NCBI GenBank assembly: GCA_964607485.1
Contig: CAZSKP010000006.1
Span: 11,344-75,343 of the forward strand
DNA: 64,000 nucleotides
Direction of reading: 5' to 3'
From: an uncultured bacterium
GTDB taxonomy: Bacteria > Abyssobacteria > SURF-5
The notes under the pieces are model-generated. The model had not been told where the DNA came from. It saw only the letters and a list, made by a program, of their open reading frames with translations, and ran no database searches. The position numbers and the translations under genes were made by a program. Below, piece by piece: positions 20,066-29,917 of the stretch. How positions within the stretch are numbered: position 1 is the first letter of the stretch; every line of letters begins with the position of its first letter.

Positions 20066-20102
20066 TGCTCATTCAACCGGCAGCCTGCCTCGAAAATGGG
20101 CA
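20066..20102. promoter_or_regulatory. Tandem NtrC-like TGC-N11-GCA boxes
   Basis: TGCTCATTCAACCGGCA (20066-20082) and TGCCTCGAAAATGGGCA (20086-20102), 20 bp apart, upstream of the amtB operon. Confidence 0.45.
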
Positions 20103-20347
20103 CGCTCTTCATCATCGCCGGCAGGCCCGGTCGAAACATTCTTTCGCAACAACTGCATTCGTTCCCGCGCCGAATTGGGCCAATTCATTAGGGTTGCGGG
20201 GTGTCGCCTTTCTCCGAAGGGTAGATTCTTAGTTCTCTCCCTCGGAAATCGACGACAGTTCGGAGCAACAAGGATGCCAACCGCTTTACTTTTGCGAGTT
20301 CAGTGATTATCCTAGAAACGGGTGAGAGAACATCGGAGGTGCCGAAT

Positions 20348-20857
20348 ATGTACTCGAAGACAGTGATGGACCACTTCAAGAATCCGCGGAACGTGGGAGA
20401 AATGAAGGACGCCGACGGGATAGGGGAAGTGGGCAATCCGATCTGCGGCGATATGATGAAGGTCTTCATCAAGGTTGACAGCGACAACATCAAGGACATC
20501 AGTTTCCTGACGTTCGGCTGCGGCGCGGCCATAGCCGTCTCGAGCATGCTGACGGAAATGGCCAAAGGGAAGAGTCTCGAAGAGGCCAAGAAAATCACCA
20601 ACAAGTCCGTGGCCGAGGCCCTTGAGGGTCTCCCGAAGAACAAACTCCACTGCTCGAACCTTGGGGCGGATGCCCTTCAATTGGCCATAAAAGATTACGA
20701 AGATAAGAAAGCGGGAAAGCTCAGGCAGCCTTCCGCGGAGGACAAGCACGAACATCCGCGCGGAGAGAGGTGCCAGTGTCCGTACTGCGATGCCGACCTG
20801 AAATCGGGAACGGAATTTTGCGCGAACTGCGGCCAGGAAATAGAACACACTCACTAG
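20348..20857 (+). CDS. iscU: Fe-S scaffold IscU/NifU-N with C-terminal zinc ribbon
   Basis: MYSKTVMDHFKNPRNVG, NPICGD, FGCGAAIA, LPKNKLHCS; extension CPYC..FCANCG; GGAGG before the ATG. Confidence 0.93.
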   Translation: MYSKTVMDHFKNPRNVGEMKDADGIGEVGNPICGDMMKVFIKVDSDNIKDISFLTFGCGAAIAVSSMLTEMAKGKSLEEAKKITNKSVAEALEGLPKNKLHCSNLGADALQLAIKDYEDKKAGKLRQPSAEDKHEHPRGERCQCPYCDADLKSGTEFCANCGQEIEHTH

Positions 20858-20876
20858 ACGCCCAGGAGCATTTGAG

Positions 20877-22052
20877 ATGACAATCATAAATCTTGATTAC
20901 ATTTCCGCCAATCCTTTGCTGCCCGAGGTTCAGGAGGCAATGATCGAGGCGGTCAGGATGAATTACGGCAATCCCTCGAGCCCGCACCGATTGGGTGACC
21001 AGGCGGCGGAGGCGCTTGAGCGCGCGCGGGAGGCAGTGGCCGGACTGATCAACGCCGCTTCTCCCAAAGAGGTCATTTTCACCTCGGGCGGAACGGAATC
21101 CATCAACCATGCCATCAAGGGAGTGGCCGCGGCCAAGCGAGACAAGGGGAAGCATATCGTAACCTCCAATATCGAGCATAACGCGGTCTTGAAAACCATA
21201 AGACGACTGAAGATGTTCGACTACAAGGTCACCTCGGTATCCGTGGACGAATACGGTCGAGTGAATCCGGCCGACGTCGCCAATGCCATATCGGATGCAA
21301 CCATCCTGGTGAGCGTCATGCACAGTAATAATGAGATCGGAACCATCGAGCCAATCAAAGAAATCGCCAAGATCGCGCGGGAGAAGAAAGTGGTCTTTCA
21401 CACCGACGCCGTGGCATCGGTGGGAGTTGTGCCGATTGATGTGAAGGAACTGGGCGTGGACCTGATGAGCTTTGCCGCCAACCAGTTCGGCGGGCCGTCG
21501 GGCGTCGGTGGCCTGTATGTTCGTAAGGGCACAAGTCTTTGGCCGCTGCTGGACGGAGGAGCTCAGGAGAACAACAGGCGGGCTGGCACGGAAAACCTGA
21601 TCGGGATCATCGGCATGGGCGCGGCCGCCGAACGTGCTTCGCGTGAGATGGAATCACGCATGAAACATTCGCTCGGTCTCAGGGAAAAGCTGATCAGCGG
21701 ATTGAAAGGGAGAATCGAAGACGTCTACATCAACGGACACCCGGAACATTCCTTGCCCAACCTGGTCTCTGTATCCATCAGTTACATCGAGGGAGAAAGC
21801 ATTGTGCTGATGCTCGATGAAGAGGGCATCGCAGTTTCAACCAGGTCGGCATGCGCCTCGGGCTCGCTCCGGGCTTCGCACGTGCTGTCGTCAATCGGGC
21901 GAGACTGGGCCAGCGCGCAGGGCACCCTCGTGATAACATTCGGACGAGATACCACGGAAGCGGAGATTGACCGGTTCCTGGATGTACTGGCGGAAGTGGT
22001 CAGGACATTGCGAAACATGTCGCCCCTCTATGCCAAGGCAAAGAAGTCATAG
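20877..22052 (+). CDS. iscS: IscS/NifS-like protein lacking the PLP Schiff-base lysine
   Basis: YGNPSS, FTSGGTES, IEH, NNEIG, FHTDA, RAGTEN, STRSACASG (Cys retained); the SAHK motif reads AANQ. Confidence 0.88.
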   Translation: MTIINLDYISANPLLPEVQEAMIEAVRMNYGNPSSPHRLGDQAAEALERAREAVAGLINAASPKEVIFTSGGTESINHAIKGVAAAKRDKGKHIVTSNIEHNAVLKTIRRLKMFDYKVTSVSVDEYGRVNPADVANAISDATILVSVMHSNNEIGTIEPIKEIAKIAREKKVVFHTDAVASVGVVPIDVKELGVDLMSFAANQFGGPSGVGGLYVRKGTSLWPLLDGGAQENNRRAGTENLIGIIGMGAAAERASREMESRMKHSLGLREKLISGLKGRIEDVYINGHPEHSLPNLVSVSISYIEGESIVLMLDEEGIAVSTRSACASGSLRASHVLSSIGRDWASAQGTLVITFGRDTTEAEIDRFLDVLAEVVRTLRNMSPLYAKAKKS

Positions 22053-22674
22053 AGGCTCTTGCCGCGAAAACGTTTGCCGAGAACACCTACCGCTCAAACG
22101 AAGACTCATCAAGGTTTTTAACGTCGGATATTGATTGTCACGAAAGCTATTCGCTTTTAATATGATGAAACTCGGTACAAGCGGCGAATTCGCAGAAATA
22201 TGTTGCAATTTTGAGATATTTATGCTAGATTATGTTAGAGATTTGTGACATCAAAGATGTCTGAATCGTATTTTTTGGCGCTGCGCCGAAGGGAACAGGA
22301 AGGGAGTGAAAGCCCTTCTGACACGCCGCGCGCGGTTGTTTGCAGTGGGATTAAGAGCGTTTTGCAGTACGCAAACTATAAGCGAAGCTCAGTTTCATGC
22401 GGTTGCAAAAGGCTTCGATCTCCAAAAGATTCTGTCGATAACGCCCGATTTTTCACCCCTCGGGATGACAGACTGCCTGCGGTTTCTAACGAGAGACCAT
22501 GTTGGCAAATGAGTTCCCTCGCTGAGGCATCACCCAGAAGGCATGAGGAGTCCTTCTTAAGGTCTCCAAGTGTTCCGTGTGCGGAAGCTCCGGCGCTGAA
22601 TCGGGGTGTGGCCGTGTCATAGCCTCGATGCCCGCCGGTGCCGGGAGAGACGCTGATCGAAGAGGAGAGAGATT

Positions 22675-23616
22675 ATGACATCGAGCGCATTGCTTCACCT
22701 GATCACCTACGCGGCGTTCATCACGTTTGTCGTCGCGGTGGCGGTACGGGCATATAAGATACAGACAATGCCCGTTCACCTGAGATGGGAACTGTATCCC
22801 GTCGCCCACGAGGGCAAGCGTGCCAGTTACGGCGGCTCCTACTACGAGGAACTCGACTGGTGGACCAAGCCGCGCAAGTTCTCCCTGATCGGTGAACTTA
22901 AAGGGATGATACCGGAGATGCTTTTCATAAAGGCTCTCTGGGAGAACAACCGTCCGCTGTGGTATCGCTCGTTCCCGTTCCATTTCGGACTGTACTGTCT
23001 CATAGGATGGGCCGGCCTTCTGGTTGTCGGCGCAGTTGCGCAGATAGCGGGGGTGCCGGTGGTAGCCGGCTCCGAATCGGTCGTGGGTGCGGTCATCCAT
23101 TACCTGACGATTCTCGCCGGAGCTATCGGGCTCATTCTGGCCAATTTCGGCGCACTCGCGCTGCTTCACCGGCGGTTGACCGATGAGGAACTCCAGGGCT
23201 ATACTGCGCCCGCCCATATCTTCAACCTCGCGGCTTTCGCCGTGGCCCTGCTCATAGCCTTCTTCACGTATATTCTCGTCGACCAAACCTTTTCGATTGC
23301 GAGAGGCTATGTGCAGAGCCTGCTGACATTCAACATCAACGCTCCCGTGGGCAGCTCGGCCGTCGCGGTCGAGTTTCTCCTGTTCTCGCTCTTGCTGGCG
23401 TATGTGCCGCTGACCCACATGTCGCATTTCTTCACCAAGTATTTCTTCTACCATCAAATCAGGTGGAATGATGAACCGAATCTTGTTGGTTCCAAGTTGG
23501 AAAAACGCATTACGGAGGCGCTGGGTTACCCGGTGAGTTGGTCTGCGCCACATTTGAAGGCAGACGGAAAGAAGAACTGGGCCGACATCGCCACCGAGGA
23601 GGTCGATAAGAAATGA
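22675..23616 (+). CDS. DsrM/NarI-like membrane cytochrome b
   Basis: PVHLRWELYP, FPFHFGLY, LLHRRL, PLTHMSHF; multiple TM segments; overlaps the next gene (ATGA). Confidence 0.85.
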   Translation: MTSSALLHLITYAAFITFVVAVAVRAYKIQTMPVHLRWELYPVAHEGKRASYGGSYYEELDWWTKPRKFSLIGELKGMIPEMLFIKALWENNRPLWYRSFPFHFGLYCLIGWAGLLVVGAVAQIAGVPVVAGSESVVGAVIHYLTILAGAIGLILANFGALALLHRRLTDEELQGYTAPAHIFNLAAFAVALLIAFFTYILVDQTFSIARGYVQSLLTFNINAPVGSSAVAVEFLLFSLLLAYVPLTHMSHFFTKYFFYHQIRWNDEPNLVGSKLEKRITEALGYPVSWSAPHLKADGKKNWADIATEEVDKK

Positions 23617-25217
23617 AGAAGAAGAAGATTAGGGTGGAGGACATCAGCAAGCCCGGTGAGAAACTTACCCACCTGGACCCGAAAGATTTCATGCCCCTGC
23701 CGCCTCCTTATGATAAGCCGGAAAATCTTCCCGACTGGGACCCGCTCAAGGTTTCCGACAAGATTGAGTCCTCTCTGGACGACACGGTCGTCGTGGCAGT
23801 GCCCAAGCCGGAGACCAAGGAGGAAGAGGATAAACTGGTCCGACAATTCCTCTCAGGGCTCGAAAAGCTTTTCACGAAAGAAGACAACTGGTCCTTCCTC
23901 CAAATCCTGAAACTCACGATGGAACACTGCGCCAAGTGCCAGACATGTTCCGACGCCTGCCACATCTTTGAAGCCAGCGGCAGGAACGAGGTGTACCGGC
24001 CTTCATACCGGTCCGAGGTGCTGAGGCGCATCTACAACAAGTACCTCAAACCGGGCGGCAAATTCTTCGGCAGGTGGAAACACGGCGACATAGACCTGAA
24101 CTGGACGACGGTCGCAAGGCTTATCGAACTCTCCTACCGGTGCAATATCTGTCGGCGATGTGCGCAAACATGCCCCATCGGCGTGGACAATGCGCTGGTT
24201 ACGCACGAGCTGCGCAAACTGTTCAGCCAGGAAATGGGCATCGCAGCGCGCGAGCTGCACGAAAAGGGGTCGATGCTCCAACTGCAGGTCGGCTCTTCGA
24301 CCGGAATGAACCCGCTGGTGGTCAAGGATAACATAGAGTTTATCGACGAGGACATGACCGAGAAGACCGGCATGGAAATCAAGACCCCGTGGGATAAAGA
24401 GGGCGCCGACGTGCTCCTCATTCACAATGCCGGCGAGATAATGGCCTGGCCCGAAAACCCGGGCGCGTTCGCAGTCATCTTCGAGGCCGCCGGAGTGAGC
24501 TGGACGCTTTCGAGCGAGATACCCGCATACGACGGCATCAACTACGGCCTGTGGTACGACGATTTTCAATTGGCGCGAGTCGCCATCAAGCACGCGCAGG
24601 CCGCCAAGAAGCTCGGCGTCAAGAAGATCGTCGTCGGCGAATGCGGGCACTCGACCAAGTCGCTCATGGTCATCGCCGATCGTGTCCTGACGGGAGACCT
24701 GAATGTTCCGCGCGAAAGCGCAATGACGTTCCTGGAAGACCTCGTCTTCAGCGGACGAATCAAGGTGGACCCGTCAAGGAACGATTTCCCGGTGACCCTG
24801 CACGACCCGTGCAACATGGTGAGGCTGATGGGCATCGTCGAGCCGCAGAGGAGAATCCTCAGGCATATCTGCCCGCAGTTCCGCGAGATGGAGCCCCACG
24901 GAGTGTACAACTATTGTTGCGGCGGCGGCAGCGGCTTCGCTATAATGACCCCGTACAATTTCCAAAGCTGGCGAAACCTCGTCTCCGGAAGAAAGAAGTT
25001 CGAGCAGGTCCTGAACGCATTCAAGGACGACCTCAGCCCTGAGACGCATAAGTACCTGTGCGCGCCCTGCAGCAATTGCAAGGGCCAGCTTCGAGACCTC
25101 CTGTTCGCGTACGACGCATGGGAGAAGTGCGGAATCCTGTACGGCGGATTGGTCGAGCTGATAGTCAACGCCATGGTCGATGTCAAGCCGGGATTCATCG
25201 AGTGGGAATGGCATTGA
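23613..25217 (+). CDS. DsrK/HdrD-like Fe-S oxidoreductase with CCG domain
   Basis: CAKCQTCSDAC, CNICRRCAQTCP, GECGH, HDPC, CCGGGSG, APCSNC. Confidence 0.88.
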   Translation: MKKKKIRVEDISKPGEKLTHLDPKDFMPLPPPYDKPENLPDWDPLKVSDKIESSLDDTVVVAVPKPETKEEEDKLVRQFLSGLEKLFTKEDNWSFLQILKLTMEHCAKCQTCSDACHIFEASGRNEVYRPSYRSEVLRRIYNKYLKPGGKFFGRWKHGDIDLNWTTVARLIELSYRCNICRRCAQTCPIGVDNALVTHELRKLFSQEMGIAARELHEKGSMLQLQVGSSTGMNPLVVKDNIEFIDEDMTEKTGMEIKTPWDKEGADVLLIHNAGEIMAWPENPGAFAVIFEAAGVSWTLSSEIPAYDGINYGLWYDDFQLARVAIKHAQAAKKLGVKKIVVGECGHSTKSLMVIADRVLTGDLNVPRESAMTFLEDLVFSGRIKVDPSRNDFPVTLHDPCNMVRLMGIVEPQRRILRHICPQFREMEPHGVYNYCCGGGSGFAIMTPYNFQSWRNLVSGRKKFEQVLNAFKDDLSPETHKYLCAPCSNCKGQLRDLLFAYDAWEKCGILYGGLVELIVNAMVDVKPGFIEWEWH

Positions 25218-25297
25218 TGGTTCAACAGACAAGAGATTCGCTCGTGGCCTGAAAGCAGGTTTGTGGACGGGAATTCGCCGAACATAACGAAAGGACG

Positions 25298-25723
25298 ATG
25301 AGGATGGCGGACGGACAGGGAGCGAAAAAAAAGATTCTCGTGCTCGACGACGAGCCGGATGTGGTAACCTATCTCGTGAGCCTTCTTGAGGACAACGACT
25401 ACATCACCGTTTCGGCAGCCGATGGGGTCGAGGGAATGGAAAAGGTGAAATCCGAAAAGCCCGACCTCATTACCCTCGACATCTCCATGCCCGAGAAATC
25501 CGGTATCCGATTCTACCGGGAAATCAAGGCCGACCCGGACTTGAAGAAGATACCGGTCGTCGTCGTTACCGGCGTCGAGAGCACGCAGGACGGCGGCACG
25601 GGAAAAGACTTCGAACGGTTCTTAAGCACTCGCAAGCAGGTGCCTCCGCCCGATGCGTTTATCATGAAGCCCATCGAAGAAGCCGAGTTGCTGAACACGT
25701 TGAAGAAGCTGCTGAGCGCCTGA
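25298..25723 (+). CDS. Single-domain response regulator
   Basis: ILVLDDE, LITLDISMPEKSG, VVVVTG, MKP. Confidence 0.9.
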   Translation: MRMADGQGAKKKILVLDDEPDVVTYLVSLLEDNDYITVSAADGVEGMEKVKSEKPDLITLDISMPEKSGIRFYREIKADPDLKKIPVVVVTGVESTQDGGTGKDFERFLSTRKQVPPPDAFIMKPIEEAELLNTLKKLLSA

Positions 25724-25754
25724 GCGCGCAATCGAAACTCCGAGCGGGGCCGCG

Positions 25755-27350
25755 CTACTCCTGGGGGCCGTCGTTTCCGCGCACCCCATTTGCGGAACGA
25801 CTCATAACCTTTGGGCCCGCGAAAAGCATTCCTCCGCTGTCGAATTTCTTTTCGAGAGCAAACTGATCGTTAAGCTTCGTATTGTCCACGTACTGTTCCC
25901 GATAACTCTTCAGTCCCGCCGGCTCGAAGGGGATTCCCGAAAAGAACACGTAATCGACGCTCGACGACAAGCGCTGTTCGAAATCGGCATACCTTGCGGG
26001 AGCCAACACGGAGACGAGGTCGGCCTTCCACGCCAGTTCCCACGGTTGATCGGTGACGACAACCGACTCGGAAGGCAACTGCCTCAGATACTCGATTTCC
26101 TCCCCGTCTTTCGACCAAATGGATTTATAATCGGTATTCCATCCTTTCCCGACGGAAGTGGCCGCCACGGCGAGGACGGCCGCGCCCATCAACCATGGCC
26201 GCGCCCGAGGCCACGGCGCCAGCCGAAGCAATCGGTCGAAGGCGATGACGGCGAACAACGCGATGAGCGGAATGAACGGCACAAAGAGCCGGATCAGCGG
26301 ATGCACGATCGCCACAAGATGCATCTGGAGCACCATCATGATGCAAAGCGTGTAGAGCAAGAACCGCAAGCGTCGCTGGATGCGGAAGGCAAGAAGGCTC
26401 GCAAAGAAAAAGAGCATCACCGCCGGGTGCGTCAGAAGCGGAATCTCGCCGGTCAAATAGTTCAGTCCGCGAACGTATTTCGTCACGAGGTCGCCGAAAT
26501 GGTGCGTCAGCATGGCGATCGGGCCCACCGGGTCGAATGTGGCATATAGATAGTAACCGGGATATGTCTTCGTGAACATCGCCACCTCATACTTCTGCAG
26601 AGAAAACATCGGGTTGCCGGTGAGCACCGTGTTCCGTATCAGCCACGGCAGCGACACGAGCAGCGCCCCCGCACCGAAAAGAGCGGTCTCGCGCCATTTG
26701 TATCTGTCTACGACCAGGAGAAACCACAGCACCGCCGGCAGATAGACCAGCGCGTTGTAACGATGCAGGTAGCACAGTCCGAACACGAGGCCCGTCACGA
26801 ACGGGTTCGCCCCGACGTACAGGGCATACAGCAGTAGCGCCAGCAGAAACGCAAACGACATCTCAGTGAGGGCGTGCAGGCTGTAGTTCCACATCTGCGG
26901 CAGAAAAATCACGAGCGCAGCCGCCGCGACGCCGACCGACCTGCCCGAAACCCTCCTGCCGAAAAGATACATCGCGGGCGCGAGGAGAATGAAAAAGAAG
27001 CCAGACACCAACACGCCCGCCGACTCTTTCACCCCCGCGAGCGAATAGGCGAGGCAGATCATCAGCGGATACAGAGGCGGGCGCCAGTAGTCGGGATGGT
27101 GTTCGAGGCGCACGTCGAAGGCAAGCTCGAGCGGCTTTATGGCCTTTGTGGTGAACCCTTCGCCCCTGTGGAGGTTTCGAGCTATCTGGCAGTAGTCGGC
27201 CTGGTCGTTCGACCGCAGGCCCTCGAACTTGTGCGTAAACAGAAACGCGAAGATCACCGTGGCTGCAACCGTGAACGCGAGAACAAACCACCAGTCGTTC
27301 GCGCGCAATGGTATAGTTTCGGGATTATCGACCTTCGGATTATCTGACAT
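25755..27350 (-). CDS. GT-C membrane glycosyltransferase (ArnT/PMT-like)
   Basis: DQADY..IARNL..GEGF, RPPLYP, ALTE, PWLIRN..LTGNP; many TM segments. Confidence 0.8.
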   Translation of the reverse strand: MSDNPKVDNPETIPLRANDWWFVLAFTVAATVIFAFLFTHKFEGLRSNDQADYCQIARNLHRGEGFTTKAIKPLELAFDVRLEHHPDYWRPPLYPLMICLAYSLAGVKESAGVLVSGFFFILLAPAMYLFGRRVSGRSVGVAAAALVIFLPQMWNYSLHALTEMSFAFLLALLLYALYVGANPFVTGLVFGLCYLHRYNALVYLPAVLWFLLVVDRYKWRETALFGAGALLVSLPWLIRNTVLTGNPMFSLQKYEVAMFTKTYPGYYLYATFDPVGPIAMLTHHFGDLVTKYVRGLNYLTGEIPLLTHPAVMLFFFASLLAFRIQRRLRFLLYTLCIMMVLQMHLVAIVHPLIRLFVPFIPLIALFAVIAFDRLLRLAPWPRARPWLMGAAVLAVAATSVGKGWNTDYKSIWSKDGEEIEYLRQLPSESVVVTDQPWELAWKADLVSVLAPARYADFEQRLSSSVDYVFFSGIPFEPAGLKSYREQYVDNTKLNDQFALEKKFDSGGMLFAGPKVMSRSANGVRGNDGPQE

Positions 27351-27639
27351 GCCGTTTGACGAAGTCGCAGCCGGTTTCCCTCGCTCAGGTAAGGCAGTAG
27401 CGATGCTAACGCAAAACAGGCGGATAAGTCAAACGAACGCCGATACTGACGGACTTGCGCGCTGTGTTTGAGGATAGATAAAAATACGACCCGTCGCTGT
27501 AAGAGGAGGGAATATCGATGAGTTGAAAGAAGAGATTCCGTGAAGCCCCTCTGTTGCCATTACACTGCTGTAACCTCAGGAACAAATCCTTTGTTGAGTT
27601 TATATCTCGGAATCTCCTCTTGAGAATTTCTTGGCAGCC

Positions 27640-28590
27640 TCACTTTTTCCTGTTACTGCGCTTCCTTGTCGACCTCTTCGATGCCCGTGTAAGAGGCACC
27701 TTATGCTCGCGTATCATTTGAGCTCCCGTACCCTGCCCTTCGTATGCTGTAACGATTTCAGTTTTTGCGTTTGCGAACAACGAATAGGATTCCTGTTGAA
27801 CACGGCTTATGGCCATAAGAGCGTATTCAGGCTCGACCTCCACACCAATGCTGTTGCGTCCGGCCTGCAAAGCCGCCAACATCGCTGTTCCAGTTCCACA
27901 GAAGGGATCGAGCACAGTATCATCGTAAAATGAGAACATTCTCACACAGCGATAGGCAAGCTCCAGTGGAAAGGGCGCGGGATGGTCCTTTGTGGAAGCA
28001 CCGCCTACTGTCCAGAACTGCCGGAACCATTTGTCATATTCACTTTTTGATATTCTGCTCAATCTCCTTTGTTTCTCCGTGGGCTTTCTGTATCCGCCGG
28101 GTTTTCGCTGCATCAAAATGAACTCTATATCGTTCTTAATAATGGCGTTTGGTTCATACGGTTTGCCCAGGAATTTGGTGCCATTTTCGACCTCAAAACT
28201 CGCATTCGCAATCTTATACCAAATTATCGGGTTCAGGTTGTCAAACCCAATCTTTCGGCAAGTTACGCAGATATCCGCGTGAAGAGGAACAACCAGATGG
28301 CGGCCGTGTTTTCGGCGCGAGAGACACACATCTCCCACAACGCATATTAGACGCCCGCCAGGCACCAATACCCTGTAGCAATGTTGCCAGACCTTCTCCA
28401 GCTGGGTAATGAAATCGTCGTAGTCCGACACATGGCCAAGTTGCCCCGGACGTTCTTTGTATTTCTTGAGGGTCCAATATGGCGGCGAAGTAAGAACAAG
28501 ATGTACCGACTCATCTGGGATAAAAGACATCTCACGAGCGTCGCCAACAACGAGTTTGTGGGTTGTGATATCTCCACCCTTGTCACTCAT
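27640..28590 (-). CDS. Beta-class amino DNA methyltransferase (probably N4-cytosine)
   Basis: LVLTSPPY (motif IV) precedes HPAPFP and VLDPFCGTGT (motif I). Confidence 0.92.
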   Translation of the reverse strand: MSDKGGDITTHKLVVGDAREMSFIPDESVHLVLTSPPYWTLKKYKERPGQLGHVSDYDDFITQLEKVWQHCYRVLVPGGRLICVVGDVCLSRRKHGRHLVVPLHADICVTCRKIGFDNLNPIIWYKIANASFEVENGTKFLGKPYEPNAIIKNDIEFILMQRKPGGYRKPTEKQRRLSRISKSEYDKWFRQFWTVGGASTKDHPAPFPLELAYRCVRMFSFYDDTVLDPFCGTGTAMLAALQAGRNSIGVEVEPEYALMAISRVQQESYSLFANAKTEIVTAYEGQGTGAQMIREHKVPLTRASKRSTRKRSNRKK

Positions 28591-29408
28591 GACCGCTTGA
28601 CTCCAAGCTTCGAGAGCAATAGCTTCACCGCTGTCTCTATTGAATCGGCTGTTTCAGATGCAAAGACTACACAGGCAATGTTTGGCGATTGCAGCCGGCT
28701 GAGAATATTAGCGTGCTCCTCTATGAAGGGATAATACACAACTGCTCCAAAGCGGGCAGAGGGATAAGCCCTTTTCAAGTTGGATGCTTTATTAACGATC
28801 TCGTCGCATCTCTTGTGTATGTCGCGGCGAGCTTCAATTCGCTTTACGTCGATCCCTAATTCTATATCTCCGCTCTTCGGAGAAGCCGCATCCAGCTCAA
28901 ATCTTTCTTTACGATGGGTAAATGTTCGCTTTCGGAAGCTGGCCGAAGCATGCGTGTTTAGGCACTTCAGTATCTTCTTCTCCCACTGGCCTTTGAGTTT
29001 TCGAACCTCTTTATCAACGAATGCCCATCGGTCAAGATAGCAAAGCGTTGGAATCTCCAGAAATGGTGGGAGATGAGGACGAATGTAGCCTGCAATGATT
29101 TCTGCCTGTTTCGGCTTTAAGCGAGGGTTATACGTATCAAGGTTCTTTATGCCAAGGTCCCTTTCAATTGCACGGGCGGCAATGTTGCATGCCGCCAGTA
29201 GAGGTTTTAGGACCAGAGGCTCTGCGGAGATGCCTTGCGCCAGATCTTCGGCGGTCATCTCTGAAAACGTTATGATTTCGACTGCGCGACTTTGGATAAA
29301 TCTGTTGAAAGCATGTTGAAGCGCCTGATGGACCGACGACGCGCGCTTCTTGGCGTCCTCGCCGACCCATCCCATGTAATCTGCGTGAGAACCGTATCCT
29401 TCAGGCAC
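28587..29408 (-). CDS. Putative type II restriction endonuclease (PD-(D/E)xK)
   Basis: KGQWE..., RFELDAA...GIDVK motif; 4-bp overlap with the MTase; AT-richer than the flanks. Confidence 0.6.
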   Translation of the reverse strand: MPEGYGSHADYMGWVGEDAKKRASSVHQALQHAFNRFIQSRAVEIITFSEMTAEDLAQGISAEPLVLKPLLAACNIAARAIERDLGIKNLDTYNPRLKPKQAEIIAGYIRPHLPPFLEIPTLCYLDRWAFVDKEVRKLKGQWEKKILKCLNTHASASFRKRTFTHRKERFELDAASPKSGDIELGIDVKRIEARRDIHKRCDEIVNKASNLKRAYPSARFGAVVYYPFIEEHANILSRLQSPNIACVVFASETADSIETAVKLLLSKLGVKRS

Positions 29409-29688
29409 CTTTATCTCTTCAATTCTGGTTCCATGTTCTTAATAGTCATTGGAATACTACTACATTCCCGAATAGAAGTCAAAAGCAATAATCCCCCCGT
29501 ACAGCAATGTTGTGCTGCCAGAATCGCTCTTGTCCACTCTGTCGAAGCTTCATAAATCGACCGCGGGATTGTATCCGCGGCCTTTCCCGGTGAGTCAAAA
29601 ATCGTCCCGGAGTATTCCATTTTGGCTTGAAATATGGTAAAATTTAGGTGAGCATGGCTCCCTGGCTCGATGGGGGGTGGGCAGGAAA

Positions 29689-29829
29689 ATGAAAGGAACT
29701 GTCCAGAAAATCGTATTCTTTCTGCTCTCCATGATGCTCCTGTTCCTGGTTTATAGATGCGCAATGATGATGAAGGAGAGCAAGAGCCCGTACGTGAATT
29801 TCCCCAACAAGATCGACACCTTCAGGTGA
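29689..29829 (+). CDS. Small single-TM protein (46 aa), below the ORF-track cutoff
   Basis: MKGTVQKIVFFLLSMMLLFLVYRCAMMMKESKSPYVNFPNKIDTFR*; TGGTAAAAT extended -10-like box near 29634. Confidence 0.45.
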   Translation: MKGTVQKIVFFLLSMMLLFLVYRCAMMMKESKSPYVNFPNKIDTFR

Positions 29830-29917
29830 GCCGCGCTCGATGTCGTGAGCGCGCCGAACCCCGGTGCGCGTTGTACCCTTTCTCAGCCAATCTTAGTCCA
29901 TTCAACTGGAGACATAT

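Noticed and set aside
22240-22670. Riboswitch (c-di-GMP-I or Moco) in the DsrMK-like leader
   Set aside because: Only fragments such as ACGCAAA and one small hairpin are present; I could not build a consensus structure. An Rfam scan would settle it.
29411-29764. Controller (C) protein upstream of the RM pair
   Set aside because: No HTH pattern, and the ORF overlaps the better-looking small plus-strand ORF.
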